NCBI GenBank assembly: GCA_020832905.1
Contig: JAJHRG010000001.1
Coordinates: 64,809 to 128,808 of the forward strand
Direction of reading: 5' to 3'
DNA: 64,000 nucleotides
Origin: Thermoproteota archaeon
GTDB taxonomy: Archaea > Thermoproteota > Methanomethylicia > Methanomethylicales > Methanomethylicaceae
In this document: piece after piece, positions 22,482-33,427 of the stretch
Layout of the letters: every line of letters starts with the position of its first letter
How positions within the stretch are numbered: the stretch's first letter is position 1
Translations under genes and position numbers: made by a program
The notes under the pieces: model-generated
The model's input: the letters and a program-made list of their open reading frames with translations, nothing else
The model's database searches: none
Told to the model about the DNA's origin: nothing

Positions 22482-23423
22482 TCACTTAATATCTTTATTA
22501 CCTAAGTAAAAACCACAATATTTACAGCGTATACCATTAACTGGAGATTTACAATATGGACATGATTTTTCATTTTCTTTTGCTTTTGGAGGTAAACCAA
22601 AAATTTCTTTATACAATTTAAAAAAGTAAATTTGTTCTCTATCCCAAAATCTTATATTTTCTTTTAAAGCTTCTTTTTCAATTTCTTCTACTTCTTCCTT
22701 ATTAAGCATTTTTAATAAAATACTTGATATATTTGTACTTCCACTTCCAATTTCTATAGGTTGTTTATCTCGCCATGCTATTTCAGAAAAACCAAAATTA
22801 TCTAATATACATCTTAAAATCCATTTTCCATATACTTTTCCATTTTTCTTATTTATTTTCCATTCATAAGGTATCTTTTTTGCAAATTCAATTATTTCTT
22901 CATTAAGAAAAGGCTGAATGATTTCTATTCCTAATGCTTTTCCAATTATTCCTGATGAGAAATACCAATTTTTTATTAAAAATTCTGTATATTTACTTAA
23001 TTCTTCTCTATTCATACTTATCATGTAATCATAACCTGCAAAAAGCTCATCTCCTCCATCACCAGTAATTACTTTTCTTATTCCTTCTTCTTTAAATTCT
23101 TTTAATGCAATATATATAGAGATATCATTTCTTATTTCAATATGATCAAAAGTTTTAGTTATTTTTATAATATCTCTTATAGCATTAATGGCTTCTTCTA
23201 ATCCATATTTTCTAATCTTATGTTTAATTCCTAATTTTTTAGAAACAATTACTGAATACTTTTCATCATCTCCTTTATTAAATATAGCAGTAATACTATA
23301 AATTTTAAAATATTTTGATGTAATAATTGCTAATAAGCTACTGTCTATACCACCTGAAAGTAATATTCCCTCAGGATTATAACTTCTTATTACTTTAGAT
23401 AATAAATTAACTAATTCAAACAT
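22482..23423 (-). CDS. Asparagine-synthetase-like synthetase domain protein (PP-loop, no glutaminase domain) with a C-terminal zinc ribbon
   Basis: LLSGGIDSS PP-loop and DGGDELFAGY match the AsnB C-domain motifs. C-terminal CPYCKSPVNGIRCKYCG. Confidence 0.65.
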   Translation of the reverse strand: MFELVNLLSKVIRSYNPEGILLSGGIDSSLLAIITSKYFKIYSITAIFNKGDDEKYSVIVSKKLGIKHKIRKYGLEEAINAIRDIIKITKTFDHIEIRNDISIYIALKEFKEEGIRKVITGDGGDELFAGYDYMISMNREELSKYTEFLIKNWYFSSGIIGKALGIEIIQPFLNEEIIEFAKKIPYEWKINKKNGKVYGKWILRCILDNFGFSEIAWRDKQPIEIGSGSTNISSILLKMLNKEEVEEIEKEALKENIRFWDREQIYFFKLYKEIFGLPPKAKENEKSCPYCKSPVNGIRCKYCGFYLGNKDIK

Positions 23424-24222
23424 AATAATTTTCCTCTTTTTTATTATTTCTTTTTGGTATTATAATTGGATAATTTTCAAACCATTTTATAGCAGCATTA
23501 ATTCCATATACTTCATAAATAAGTTTTTCATTAATTATATCTCTTGGTCTTCCCATTGCTACTATTTTACCATTATTTAAAACAATAATTTTATCACAAT
23601 ATGATGATACTAAATCAATTTCATGAGCAGTTATTATTACAATTTTATTTTTTCTACTTAAAGATTTTAATATCTCCATTACTTCAATTCTATATTTTAA
23701 ATCAAGATAAGCAATTGGCTCATCAAGTAAAATAATATCTGTTCTTTGTACAAGAGATTTAGCTATAAGAACTCTTCTTTGTTCACCACTACTTAAAGTA
23801 GTAAAATCTCTATCATAAAGATGATATACTTTAAGTAACTTAAGAAATTTTTCAGCAATTTTTATATCTTCTTCTTTTTCCCACCAAAAACTTTCTGTTC
23901 TATTTCTACAACCCATAAGAACAACTTCATAAACTTTCATATTAAATCCATTTGGCCAATTAGGAAGTAAAGCTGAAACAATTTTTGAATATTCACTATT
24001 AGTATACTCATTTATAGATTTTCCAAATACTATAATTCTTCCTTTTGGAATTATACTTCGTGCAATACATTTTAAAAGAGTAGTTTTTCCTGCACCATTT
24101 GGTCCAATAATTCCTAACATTTCTCCTTTATTTACTTCAAATTTTATATTCTCTAAAATTTTTGATGAATTAAAATAAACAGTTATTCCATCTACAATAA
24201 TTTCACATTTCATATTTACCAC
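23416..24222 (-). CDS. ABC transporter ATP-binding protein (BtuD/FepC-type, corrinoid/siderophore importer)
   Basis: Walker A GPNGAGKTTLL, signature LSSGEQRR, Walker B ILLDEP. Confidence 0.85.
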   Translation of the reverse strand: MVNMKCEIIVDGITVYFNSSKILENIKFEVNKGEMLGIIGPNGAGKTTLLKCIARSIIPKGRIIVFGKSINEYTNSEYSKIVSALLPNWPNGFNMKVYEVVLMGCRNRTESFWWEKEEDIKIAEKFLKLLKVYHLYDRDFTTLSSGEQRRVLIAKSLVQRTDIILLDEPIAYLDLKYRIEVMEILKSLSRKNKIVIITAHEIDLVSSYCDKIIVLNNGKIVAMGRPRDIINEKLIYEVYGINAAIKWFENYPIIIPKRNNKKEENYYV

Positions 24223-25219
24223 CCTTCTTCATTAAAAGATAAATAAAAAATGGTACACCTATCATAGATGTAATAGTACTAATTGGTATTTCACCAAATG
24301 GATTAATGTAACTTTTAACAATATTATCAGATACTAATAATAGAAATGAACCAGTAAGACCTCCTAAAGGTAATACAAATCGATTATCTGAAGAAATCAT
24401 TAATCTAATCATATGTGGAGCTACTAAACCTACAAATCCTATTATTCCACTAAAAGCTATACAAGAAGAAACACATAAACTTGAAATTAATAACATTAAA
24501 ATCCATAATCTTTTTGCATTTATTCCAAGTTGTAAAGCATGTTCTTCACCTAATAGTAGAATATTAAGATCTCTTGCATTAATAAGAAGAAAAATAGAAC
24601 AAAAAGCAACTATTGGAAATGTAATTATAACATTAGACCATTTTGATGTAGAAAAAGAGCCATAAATCCAATAGATTATTCCATGAGCTTTTTCTTGAGC
24701 TAATGTAATTATAAGTATAAGAATAGCATTTGCTAAAATACCAACTGCAATACCTGCAAGAATAAAACCAATAGGATCTGCTTTTGCTTTTTTTGCTAAA
24801 AATATTGTTAATAAAATTGAAGAAATACCTCCAAGAAATGCAAAAAAAGGAATAAAATGTATTGATATATTTGGTAGTAAAAATGCAATAGTTGCACCAA
24901 GAGCTGCACCAGAGGACATTCCTGTAATATAAGGATCTGCTAATGGATTTCTTGTTAAAGATTGAATAACACCACCAGAAATTCCAAGAGAAAAACCTGT
25001 AATCATAGTAAATAAAGCTCTTGGAAGTCTATAGTTAAATATAATAGTACTTATTGTTTTATTTTTCTCAGGATTAATCAAATTTTCAAAAACTTCCATT
25101 GGAGATAATAGAAAAGAACCTATCATTAATGAAAATAAAAATGATATAAAAAGAAGAATAGATAAAGAAGATGAATAAATTAATAGTTTTATTTTTCTTT
25201 GTTTTGCTAATCTTAGCAT
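24203..25219 (-). CDS. ABC transporter permease, FecCD/BtuC family
   Basis: 338 aa with about 9-10 TM helices. The Gly-rich region and overall profile match BtuC/FecCD. Confidence 0.8.
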   Translation of the reverse strand: MLRLAKQRKIKLLIYSSSLSILLFISFLFSLMIGSFLLSPMEVFENLINPEKNKTISTIIFNYRLPRALFTMITGFSLGISGGVIQSLTRNPLADPYITGMSSGAALGATIAFLLPNISIHFIPFFAFLGGISSILLTIFLAKKAKADPIGFILAGIAVGILANAILILIITLAQEKAHGIIYWIYGSFSTSKWSNVIITFPIVAFCSIFLLINARDLNILLLGEEHALQLGINAKRLWILMLLISSLCVSSCIAFSGIIGFVGLVAPHMIRLMISSDNRFVLPLGGLTGSFLLLVSDNIVKSYINPFGEIPISTITSMIGVPFFIYLLMKKGGKYEM

Positions 25220-25222
25220 TAA

Positions 25223-26317
25223 CTATCGCCTAATTATATTCTCATAATTGCTTATGAAGTTAGGAACTGTAATATTGAATAATTGTGGATGAATAATATA
25301 TGCTAGTAATATAGTTGCATCAGTAATTCTTGGACCAGGTCTTTCTATTGCATTTGCTGCATTTTCTGTTAAAATATAAACTCTATTATTCTTTACAGCA
25401 TTAATTTCACTAAAACCTGGTATATTTTTTATATAATTTAATAATTCCTCAGGAGGTTTTGTAAGTGCCATTGAACTAAATATAATTACATCTGGATTTC
25501 TAGAAATAATTTCTTCAGGATTTGTAATAAACCATCCATTTTTATCATTAAATATATTAATTCCACCTGCTATTGATATTAATTCATTAGCATATGTTCC
25601 ATTTCCTGTTGTCCATAAAGGATCTAACCATACTAAGTATAATACTTTCTGTTTGGAAACTTTAGAAGTTTTAGAAGTTATTTCATTTATAGTATTTTTT
25701 ATTTGATTAATTAGTTTTTCTCCTTCTTCTAACTTTAAGGTTATTTTTGATATTTTATATATGTTATTTATTATTTCTTCTATACTTGGTGATTCTAATG
25801 CAATAACTGTAAGTCCAAATCCTTCTAAAGTTGATACAAATTTCTTTTGTAAACTTGCATCAATAAATACAATATCTGGATTTAAAGAAGCAATTTTTTC
25901 ACAATTAAGAGTAGTAACTCCACCAACTTCAGCAATTAATCCTTTTTCTTTTAGCTCTAAAACTAATTTTGGATAATTTGAATATTTATCTACACCTACA
26001 ATTTTATCAGAAAGATTAAGAGCAAATAACATTTCTGTTATTGAAGGAGTACATGATACTATACGCATAGGTTCTGAATTAATAGTAACAGTTCTTCCAA
26101 GAGCATCTTTTATTATTATTGGATAATAAAAGCTTTTGAATCTCTCTAATTCTTTTTTTGTAGAAGAAATTTCATCTATTAAGTTATTTAATTTATTGCC
26201 AAGAGAAGAAAGACTAAGATCTATATTGGAGATATTATTATTTATCGCAAAAATCATAGCAGTATTAATGACTCCTAATATTAGAGCAATAATAATTAAT
26301 GTAGATATGTATTTCAT
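25223..26317 (-). CDS. Periplasmic-type substrate-binding protein, class III (BtuF/FepB-like), membrane-anchored
   Basis: N-terminal signal/anchor. Bilobed SBP signatures (IVSCTPSITEMLFAL, VGVDKYS, PDIVF). Operon with the BtuC- and BtuD-like genes. Confidence 0.75.
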   Translation of the reverse strand: MKYISTLIIIALILGVINTAMIFAINNNISNIDLSLSSLGNKLNNLIDEISSTKKELERFKSFYYPIIIKDALGRTVTINSEPMRIVSCTPSITEMLFALNLSDKIVGVDKYSNYPKLVLELKEKGLIAEVGGVTTLNCEKIASLNPDIVFIDASLQKKFVSTLEGFGLTVIALESPSIEEIINNIYKISKITLKLEEGEKLINQIKNTINEITSKTSKVSKQKVLYLVWLDPLWTTGNGTYANELISIAGGINIFNDKNGWFITNPEEIISRNPDVIIFSSMALTKPPEELLNYIKNIPGFSEINAVKNNRVYILTENAANAIERPGPRITDATILLAYIIHPQLFNITVPNFISNYENIIRR

Positions 26318-26630
26318 TATAAATCACCATATGGATGGTATATCCATCCAAAAATTCTTATTAAAAAATCCTTTATATATTTTTAACTATTTTTAATATA
26401 ATTGGTGAAATATATGAAATTAAGATTAATTGTAGATGATAAAGAAATTTTTCTAAATGATTTTGTTAATAATATCTTAGGAAATATAATAATAAGTGCA
26501 GTAATGACTCTAAAAGGAGTAAATAAGAATTGGAAAAGTATTAAAATTGAAATTGAAAATGCTTAAAAATTCTAATTTAAAAATCATCCAAAAGGAATAA
26601 ATCTTACTTCTTTTTCTCTTCTTCATAGAA

Positions 26631-26705
26631 GGGCCCGTAGCTCAGCCAGGTCAGAGCGGCAGGCTCATAACCTGTTGGTCGAGGGTTCGAATCCCTCCGG
26701 GCCCA
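26631..26705 (+). tRNA. tRNA with CAU anticodon (elongator Met or Ile2/agmatidine substrate); no encoded CCA
   Basis: GGGCCCG-UA-GCUC-AGCCAGGUCA-GAGC-G-GCAGG-CUCAUAA-CCUGU-UGGUC-GAGGG-UUCGAAU-CCCUC-CGGGCCC-A. The G1:C72 pair means it is not the initiator. Confidence 0.8.
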
Positions 26706-26904
26706 TACTTTTAAATTAATATTAAAAGTATTAAATAAAAATTTAATTAGTAAGATTAAATTTTGTAGAATTTTATATGAAAAAAACAAATATTCTTTCC
26801 CTAGTTTTAAGTAAGAAAATAAAACATAATCATAAGTGATATTAAGAAATTTTAAACTCTCTAGTAATCAAAAGCATTAAAAATAAAAGAAAACTAATGG
26901 AAAT

Positions 26905-26935
26905 TTTAAGGCGCAACAAATATATTTAGGAAAGA
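26905..26935 (+). promoter_or_regulatory. Putative rRNA operon promoter (BRE/TATA-like AAATATATTTA) about 25 bp upstream of the start of the GC-rich leader
   Basis: An AT-rich TATA-like element at 26918-26928 lies just before the abrupt switch to a GC-rich structured leader at about 26945. Confidence 0.35.
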
Positions 26936-27111
26936 AAATAAAAAACTTGGCACGAACTGGCAATATCAACTTACGCCATAGCTCCGGCGGCGCTGGTCAG
27001 ACCTTACGGACGAAAGTCCGAGGGATGAATGACCGCCCTCCAGCTATGGCAATAATATGAGGACTTGAACAAACCAATGTGTAACACCATTGGTATGTTC
27101 AAGTCCTATAT

Positions 27112-27155
27112 GGGCCCAATACCCAATTGTGAAATATAGTTGGGGGTATAACAAC
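27112..27155 (+). other. 5' strand of the 16S rRNA processing stem (pairs with 28866-28909)
   Basis: 44-nt inverted repeat flanking the 16S. It is complementary except for a central mismatched block, consistent with a bulge-helix-bulge processing site. Confidence 0.7.
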
Positions 27156-27173
27156 CTACAGCCTTGCGGCTGT

Positions 27174-28858
<1,685 letters not shown>

Positions 28859-28865
28859 ACGAATG

Positions 28866-28909
28866 GTTGTTATACCCCCAACTATACACATAAATTGGGT
28901 ATTGGGCCC
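28866..28909 (+). other. 3' strand of the 16S processing stem
   Basis: Reverse complement of 27112-27155 apart from a central bulge. Confidence 0.7.
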
Positions 28910-28993
28910 ATAATGCTAATTTTTATGCAACTGAGGAGTTCTTACTCCTCAGTGAAGGGCGTAGTAAGGTTTATAACCTTACGATGATCGCCA

Positions 28994-29040
28994 TGCATAG
29001 GTCTTAGTCCCTTAGCATCTACCAGATTTTGGAATACTGG
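28994..29040 (+). other. 5' strand of the 23S rRNA processing stem (pairs with 32121-32168)
   Basis: CAUGCAUAGGUCUUAGUCCCUUAGCAUCUACCAGAUUUUGGAAUACUGG is complementary to the sequence following the 23S 3' end. Confidence 0.7.
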
Positions 29041-29193
29041 GCCTGACACACAGACGCCGGTTGGTGGATGGCTCGGCTCAGGCGCCGACGAAGGGCGCGG
29101 CAAGCGGCGATATGCTCCGGGGAGGCGCATGCAGCCTTCGATCCGGAGATCCCCGAATGGGACTTCCTGCCATGGGTTAATAGCCCATGGCGC

Positions 29194-29233
29194 TCGGGAA
29201 AAATAACCGGTATTACCGGTTATTTTTCCCGAG
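29194..29233 (+). repeat. 40-nt perfect palindrome (AT-rich hairpin) inside 23S domain I
   Basis: CUCGGGAAAAAUAACCGGUAUUACCGGUUAUUUUUCCCGAG. Its centre is GGUAUUACC. Confidence 0.8.
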
Positions 29234-29288
29234 TGGGAACCCCCCGAACGGAAACATCCAAGTAGGGGGAGGAAAAGAAACCAAAAGG

Positions 29289-29331
<43 letters not shown>

Positions 29332-29560
29332 GAATCCCTTTGCGATAAGCAAAGGGAGATGTAGGGTTCGGACACCCCCGTTAAAACCCTTCCTAGGGAA
29401 GCCGAAGTGGCCTGGAAAGGCCCGCCGTAGAGGGTGATAGCCCCGTAGGCGTAACCTAGGGGGGTTTGGGGGTGTTCCAGAGTACCACGCCTTGGTTGTG
29501 GCGTGGGAAGGTGGGAGTTACTAACTCCCAAGGCTAAATACGTCCTGAGTCCGATAGCGA

Positions 29561-29594
<34 letters not shown>

Positions 29595-29810
29595 GAGAGG
29601 GGAGTGAAAAGAGCCTGAAACCAACCGGCTACGTAGTGACGTGGCACGAAAGGGATGATTTCTACCGAAGGAGCCCTCCGAGAGGAGGTAGTACGAGGTA
29701 GAAGGACCGGTGTCACGTCTTCCGTTTTGGAGCACGGCCCAGGGAGTTCACCGGAGTGGCGAGCCTAAGGGGATCAACCCCGTAGGCGTAGGGAAACCGA
29801 CAGCCCGCAT

Positions 29811-29843
29811 CCACATTAAGTGGGTATTACCCACTTAATGTGG
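29811..29843 (+). repeat. 33-nt perfect palindrome (AT-rich hairpin) inside the 23S
   Basis: CCACAUUAAGUGGGUAUUACCCACUUAAUGUGG. Its centre, GGUAUUACC, is the same as that of the hairpin at 29194. Confidence 0.8.
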
Positions 29844-30503
29844 AGAGGGGCGGGGTCCGACGAGGGCCCGAATAGTCACTCCGGTGATAACCCGAAACCG
29901 AGCGATCTAGGCCTGGGCAGGGTGAAGCCAGGCGAAAGCCTGGTGGAGGCCCGCAGGGGTTCTGACGTGCAATTCGTTCCTCTGACCCAGGCCTAGGGGC
30001 AAAAGACCAATCAAGCTCGGTGATAGCTGGTTCCCCCCGAAGTGGGTCGCAGCCCAGCCCGCCCGGAGGTTGCTGGCGGGGTAGAGCTACCAATTGAGGG
30101 TGCGTGGGCCGAAAGGCCCAGCCCCTCTTTTGAACTCCGAACCTGCCAGCTCCGTAGATGGGCGGAGACGGGTTCCACGGGAAAAGCCTGTGGGCCGAGA
30201 GGGGAACAACCCAGACCCGGGTTAAGGCCCCTAAATGCTGGCTTAGTGTTAAGCCAAAGGGCGTCCCGGATCTGAGACAGCTGGGAGGTAGGCTTAGAAG
30301 CAGCCATCCTTTAAAGAGTGCGTAACAGCTCACCAGCCGAGATCCGGGGCCCCGAAGATTTTCGGGGCTAAGCCAGCTGCCGAGACCCGGGGGTAGACCC
30401 CGTCTGGGGTCTGCCGGTAGGGGGGCGCTCCGGTTGGGCAGAAGCTGGGCCGAAAGGTCCAGTGGACCAACCGGAGGTGCGGATCCTGGGGGTAGTAACA
30501 GCA

Positions 30504-30536
<33 letters not shown>

Positions 30537-31882
30537 CAGGGTTCCTCGGCAACGGTCGTCGGCCGAGGGTCAGCCGGTCCCTAAGGCGGCACATAGCTTG
30601 TCGCCGCCGATGGGGAAACTGGTTAATATTCCAGTGCCTTGGAGATCAGATGCGCTAACTCCTTTGCCTCGGGATAGGCCGAGCAGAGCCGCCGCTCTGC
30701 CTAACCTATCTAAGCCCGGGGAGTACCGTAATGGTGAGAACCGGGCGAAGATAGGGATGGGCCGACCGTAAGGTCGGTTCGGCCGATTCCTGGGGCCCAT
30801 GAAAAGGGAGTTAGTAAGAGATCTCCAAGACCGTACCGAGAACCGACACAGGTGCCCTGGATGAGCAGTCTAAGGCGTGTCGGGAGCACCCCAGGTCAGG
30901 GAACTCGGCAAATTGGCCCCGTACCTTCGGTAGAAGGGGTGCCTGGGTCTCTGGGCGAAAGCCTGGAGACCTAGGTCGCAGTGACAAGGGGGAGGCGACT
31001 GTTTAATAAAAACATAGGTCCCCGCAAGCCCGTAAGGGTGTGTACGGGGGCTGAATCCTGGCCACTGGCGGTCCGTGAAACCCGGGTTCAACCGGGCGAA
31101 GCGCCGCCGAAGGCCGGGAGTAACTCTGACTCTCTTAAGGTAGCCAAATGCCTTGTCGGGTAAGTTCCGACGTGCATGAATGGATCAACGACCTCCCCAC
31201 TGTCCCGACCTGGGGCCCGGTGAAGCCACCTCTTGGTGAAAAGTCCAAGTACTTCCAACGGGGGGATAAGACCCCGTGGAGCTTTACTGCAGCCTGCCGC
31301 TGGGATACGGCCATGATTGCAGAGCGTAGGTGGGAGTTGATGAAGTAGCTCCTCCGGGGGCTATGGAGACGCCAATGTAACACCACCCTTTCATGGCTGT
31401 ATCCCTTACCAGGCGGAAGCCTGGGACAACGGTTGGTGGGCAGTTCGGCTGGGGCGGCACGCCCTTGAAAAGATATCAAGGGCGCCCAAAGGTCGGCTCA
31501 GGCGGGTCAGAACTCCGCCGTAGAGGGCAAGGCCAAAAGCCGGCCTGATTGGACCCTTAACAGTAAGGGGTCCAAAGGCGAAAGCCTGGCCTAGCGACCG
31601 CTCGTGTCCCTTTTAGTAGGGGCCGGGCATGACAGAAAAGCTACCCCGGGGATAACAGAGCCGTCGCGGGCGAGAGTTCACATCGACCCCGCGGTTTGCT
31701 ACCCAGATGTCGGCTCTTCCCATCCTGGGGGTGCAGCAGCCCCCAAGGGTGGGGCTGCCCGCCCATTAAAGGGGAACGTGAGTTGGGTTTAGACCGTCGT
31801 GAGACAGGTCGGACTCTCCCTGTTGGAAGTGCTGGCTGCCTGAGGGGAAGGTGCGCCCAGTACGAGAGGAACGGCGCGCCGC

Positions 31883-31914
<32 letters not shown>

Positions 31915-32120
31915 TCGCCGGGCAGCCACGCCGCACGGGTTAACCGCTGAAAGCATCTAAGCGGGAAACCCTCCCCGAGACCAGGCAGCCATTCCACTCC
32001 CATTTGGGAGTGGACGAGGGCTCCCGTAGAACACGGGGTTGATGGGGCGGGGGTGTAAGCACCAAGGCCGAAAGGCCGAGGTGTTCAGCCCGCCGCTCCC
32101 AATCGCCCGAGGTGCAGGTC

Positions 32121-32168
32121 CAGTATTCCAAAATCTGGATGAAACTAAGGGATTAAGACCTATGCATG
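32121..32168 (+). other. 3' strand of the 23S processing stem
   Basis: Reverse complement of 28994-29040. Confidence 0.7.
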
Positions 32169-32199
32169 GCTCTAAGAAAAAATCCTAATTTTTGTTAGT

Positions 32200-32216
32200 T
32201 AACCTTATAAAATTTT
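32200..32216 (+). promoter_or_regulatory. TATA-box-like element (CTTATAAAATT) about 25 bp upstream of the RNase P RNA
   Basis: AT-rich element at the canonical archaeal -26 distance from the first nucleotide of the 32234 helix. Confidence 0.4.
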
Positions 32217-32233
32217 TATTCTTAAGTTCTTTT

Positions 32234-32566
32234 GCCAGGAGTAAGCAGCGAGTTGGTGGGTAGCCGACGGGCCCCATATAGGGGCCTGAGGAAACTCCAC
32301 CCTCCACGTAGGACCGCAGCGCCGTGAGGCGCAGGGGGAGACCCCTGCTCTTGGCACAGAAACGAGACGTGCGGAAGTGGATGTCTATGATGTGAAGAGT
32401 TATCTCTTCACTGAGTATACTTCCGCTTTCGTTGAAACGGCCAAGCTGCGGGGAGAAAGGGCAAATAGGAACCGATGAGGCCTACGCGAGGTTCGGGTAG
32501 CCCGAATAGTCGAATGCTACCTAAAACAGAAGGTGGGTTACGGCCAACACGCTGCTTACTCCTGGC
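32234..32566 (+). ncRNA. rnpB: RNase P RNA (archaeal type A-like)
   Basis: GC-rich 333-nt structured RNA closed by a 17-bp terminal helix (GCCAGGAGUAAGCAGCG / CGCUGCUUACUCCUGGC). P4 strands: GAGGAAACUCCACCCUCC (with the conserved bulged U) and ACAGAAGGUGGGUUACGG, which covaries against the E. coli ACAGAACCCGGCUUA. There is also GGGCAAAUAGGAACC, a P11/12-like CAAAUAGG. Confidence 0.8.
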
Positions 32567-32614
32567 ATTTATCTTTGAGAAAAATATTAATTATAAGTTT
32601 GAAAAGTTAATACT

Positions 32615-33427
32615 ATGAAAAAACATTTGATAATATTACTACTACTTTTCATTATCATAATACCATTAAGAGCACAAAACATAACAAATGCAGAAATTAA
32701 AATCTATAGAGATGGAATTACTCATGTAAAAATATCCATAGAATCTGATGAAATAACTCCTTATGTTATATTACAATTATTCTCTACAAATATTACTAAT
32801 ATTATAGCATATAATGAGAAGAAAGAACTTTTAGATTATAATATTGAAAATAATACAATCATAATTTATTCATTAGGATCTACTATAATTACACTAGAAT
32901 ATGATACTAGTGATTTAACTTATAAGCAAAAAGCCTTATGGACTTTTAGAATCAATACAACATTTCCAGTAAGTGTAATTTTTCCTGAAGATGCAATTAT
33001 TATGGGTATGAGTAGTATACCAAATTCTATTACTATAGATAATAGAACAATTAAAATGATTTTCTCTCCTGGATATTATGAAGTTAATTATGAAGTACCA
33101 ATAACTCAACTACCAATACAACAAGGTATTACTTTACCAATAAATATTATGATAATTATACCTATTATAATAATTATTATAATAATCATTATTATCATAA
33201 GATTTACAAAAAAGAGAAAAATTGAAGAAAAATTAAAAGATGATGAAAAGAAAATAATAAATTATTTAAAAAATAAGGGAAATAGAGCTTTAGAAGCTGA
33301 ATTAAGAAAAGCATTTCCTGAAATACCTAGAACAACTATGTGGAGATTATTAAGAAGATTAGAAAAACAAGGAATTATAGAAATAAAAAAAGTAGGAATG
33401 CAAAATTTAGTTGAACTTAAATTGTAA
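32615..33427 (+). CDS. Membrane-anchored protein: signal peptide, extracytoplasmic domain, one poly-Ile TM helix, cytoplasmic winged-helix (MarR/TrmB-like) domain
   Basis: N-terminal MKKHLIILLLLFIIIIPLRA. A TM helix IMIIIPIIIIIIIIIIII followed by a positively charged stretch. The C-terminal NYLKNKGNRALEAELRKAFPEIPRTTMWRLLRRLEKQGIIEIKKVG forms a wHTH. Confidence 0.6.
   Translation: MKKHLIILLLLFIIIIPLRAQNITNAEIKIYRDGITHVKISIESDEITPYVILQLFSTNITNIIAYNEKKELLDYNIENNTIIIYSLGSTIITLEYDTSDLTYKQKALWTFRINTTFPVSVIFPEDAIIMGMSSIPNSITIDNRTIKMIFSPGYYEVNYEVPITQLPIQQGITLPINIMIIIPIIIIIIIIIIIIRFTKKRKIEEKLKDDEKKIINYLKNKGNRALEAELRKAFPEIPRTTMWRLLRRLEKQGIIEIKKVGMQNLVELKL

Noticed and set aside
26604-26789. 61-aa ORF on the minus strand
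   Set aside because: It overlaps tRNA(CAU) and its flanks. It is an artefact of the GC-rich tRNA sequence.
26976-27106. Structured GC-rich 16S leader, including a 19-bp hairpin at 27061-27106 and GAUGA/CAGA-like boxes. Considered as a C/D-box sRNA.
   Set aside because: The box sequences do not match the RUGAUGA/CUGA consensus. It is most simply the rRNA leader and processing structure.
32234-32566. Alternative identity as SRP (7S) RNA or 5S rRNA
   Set aside because: There is no SRP domain-IV motif (GGAAG...AGCAGCC-type asymmetric loops) and no 5S consensus. The P4 covariation and the CAAAUAGG block fit RNase P.
33130-33200. Simple ATT/ATA trinucleotide run
   Set aside because: It is coding: it specifies the poly-Ile transmembrane helix of the 32615 protein. 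It is not an independent repeat element, although it could be slippage-prone.
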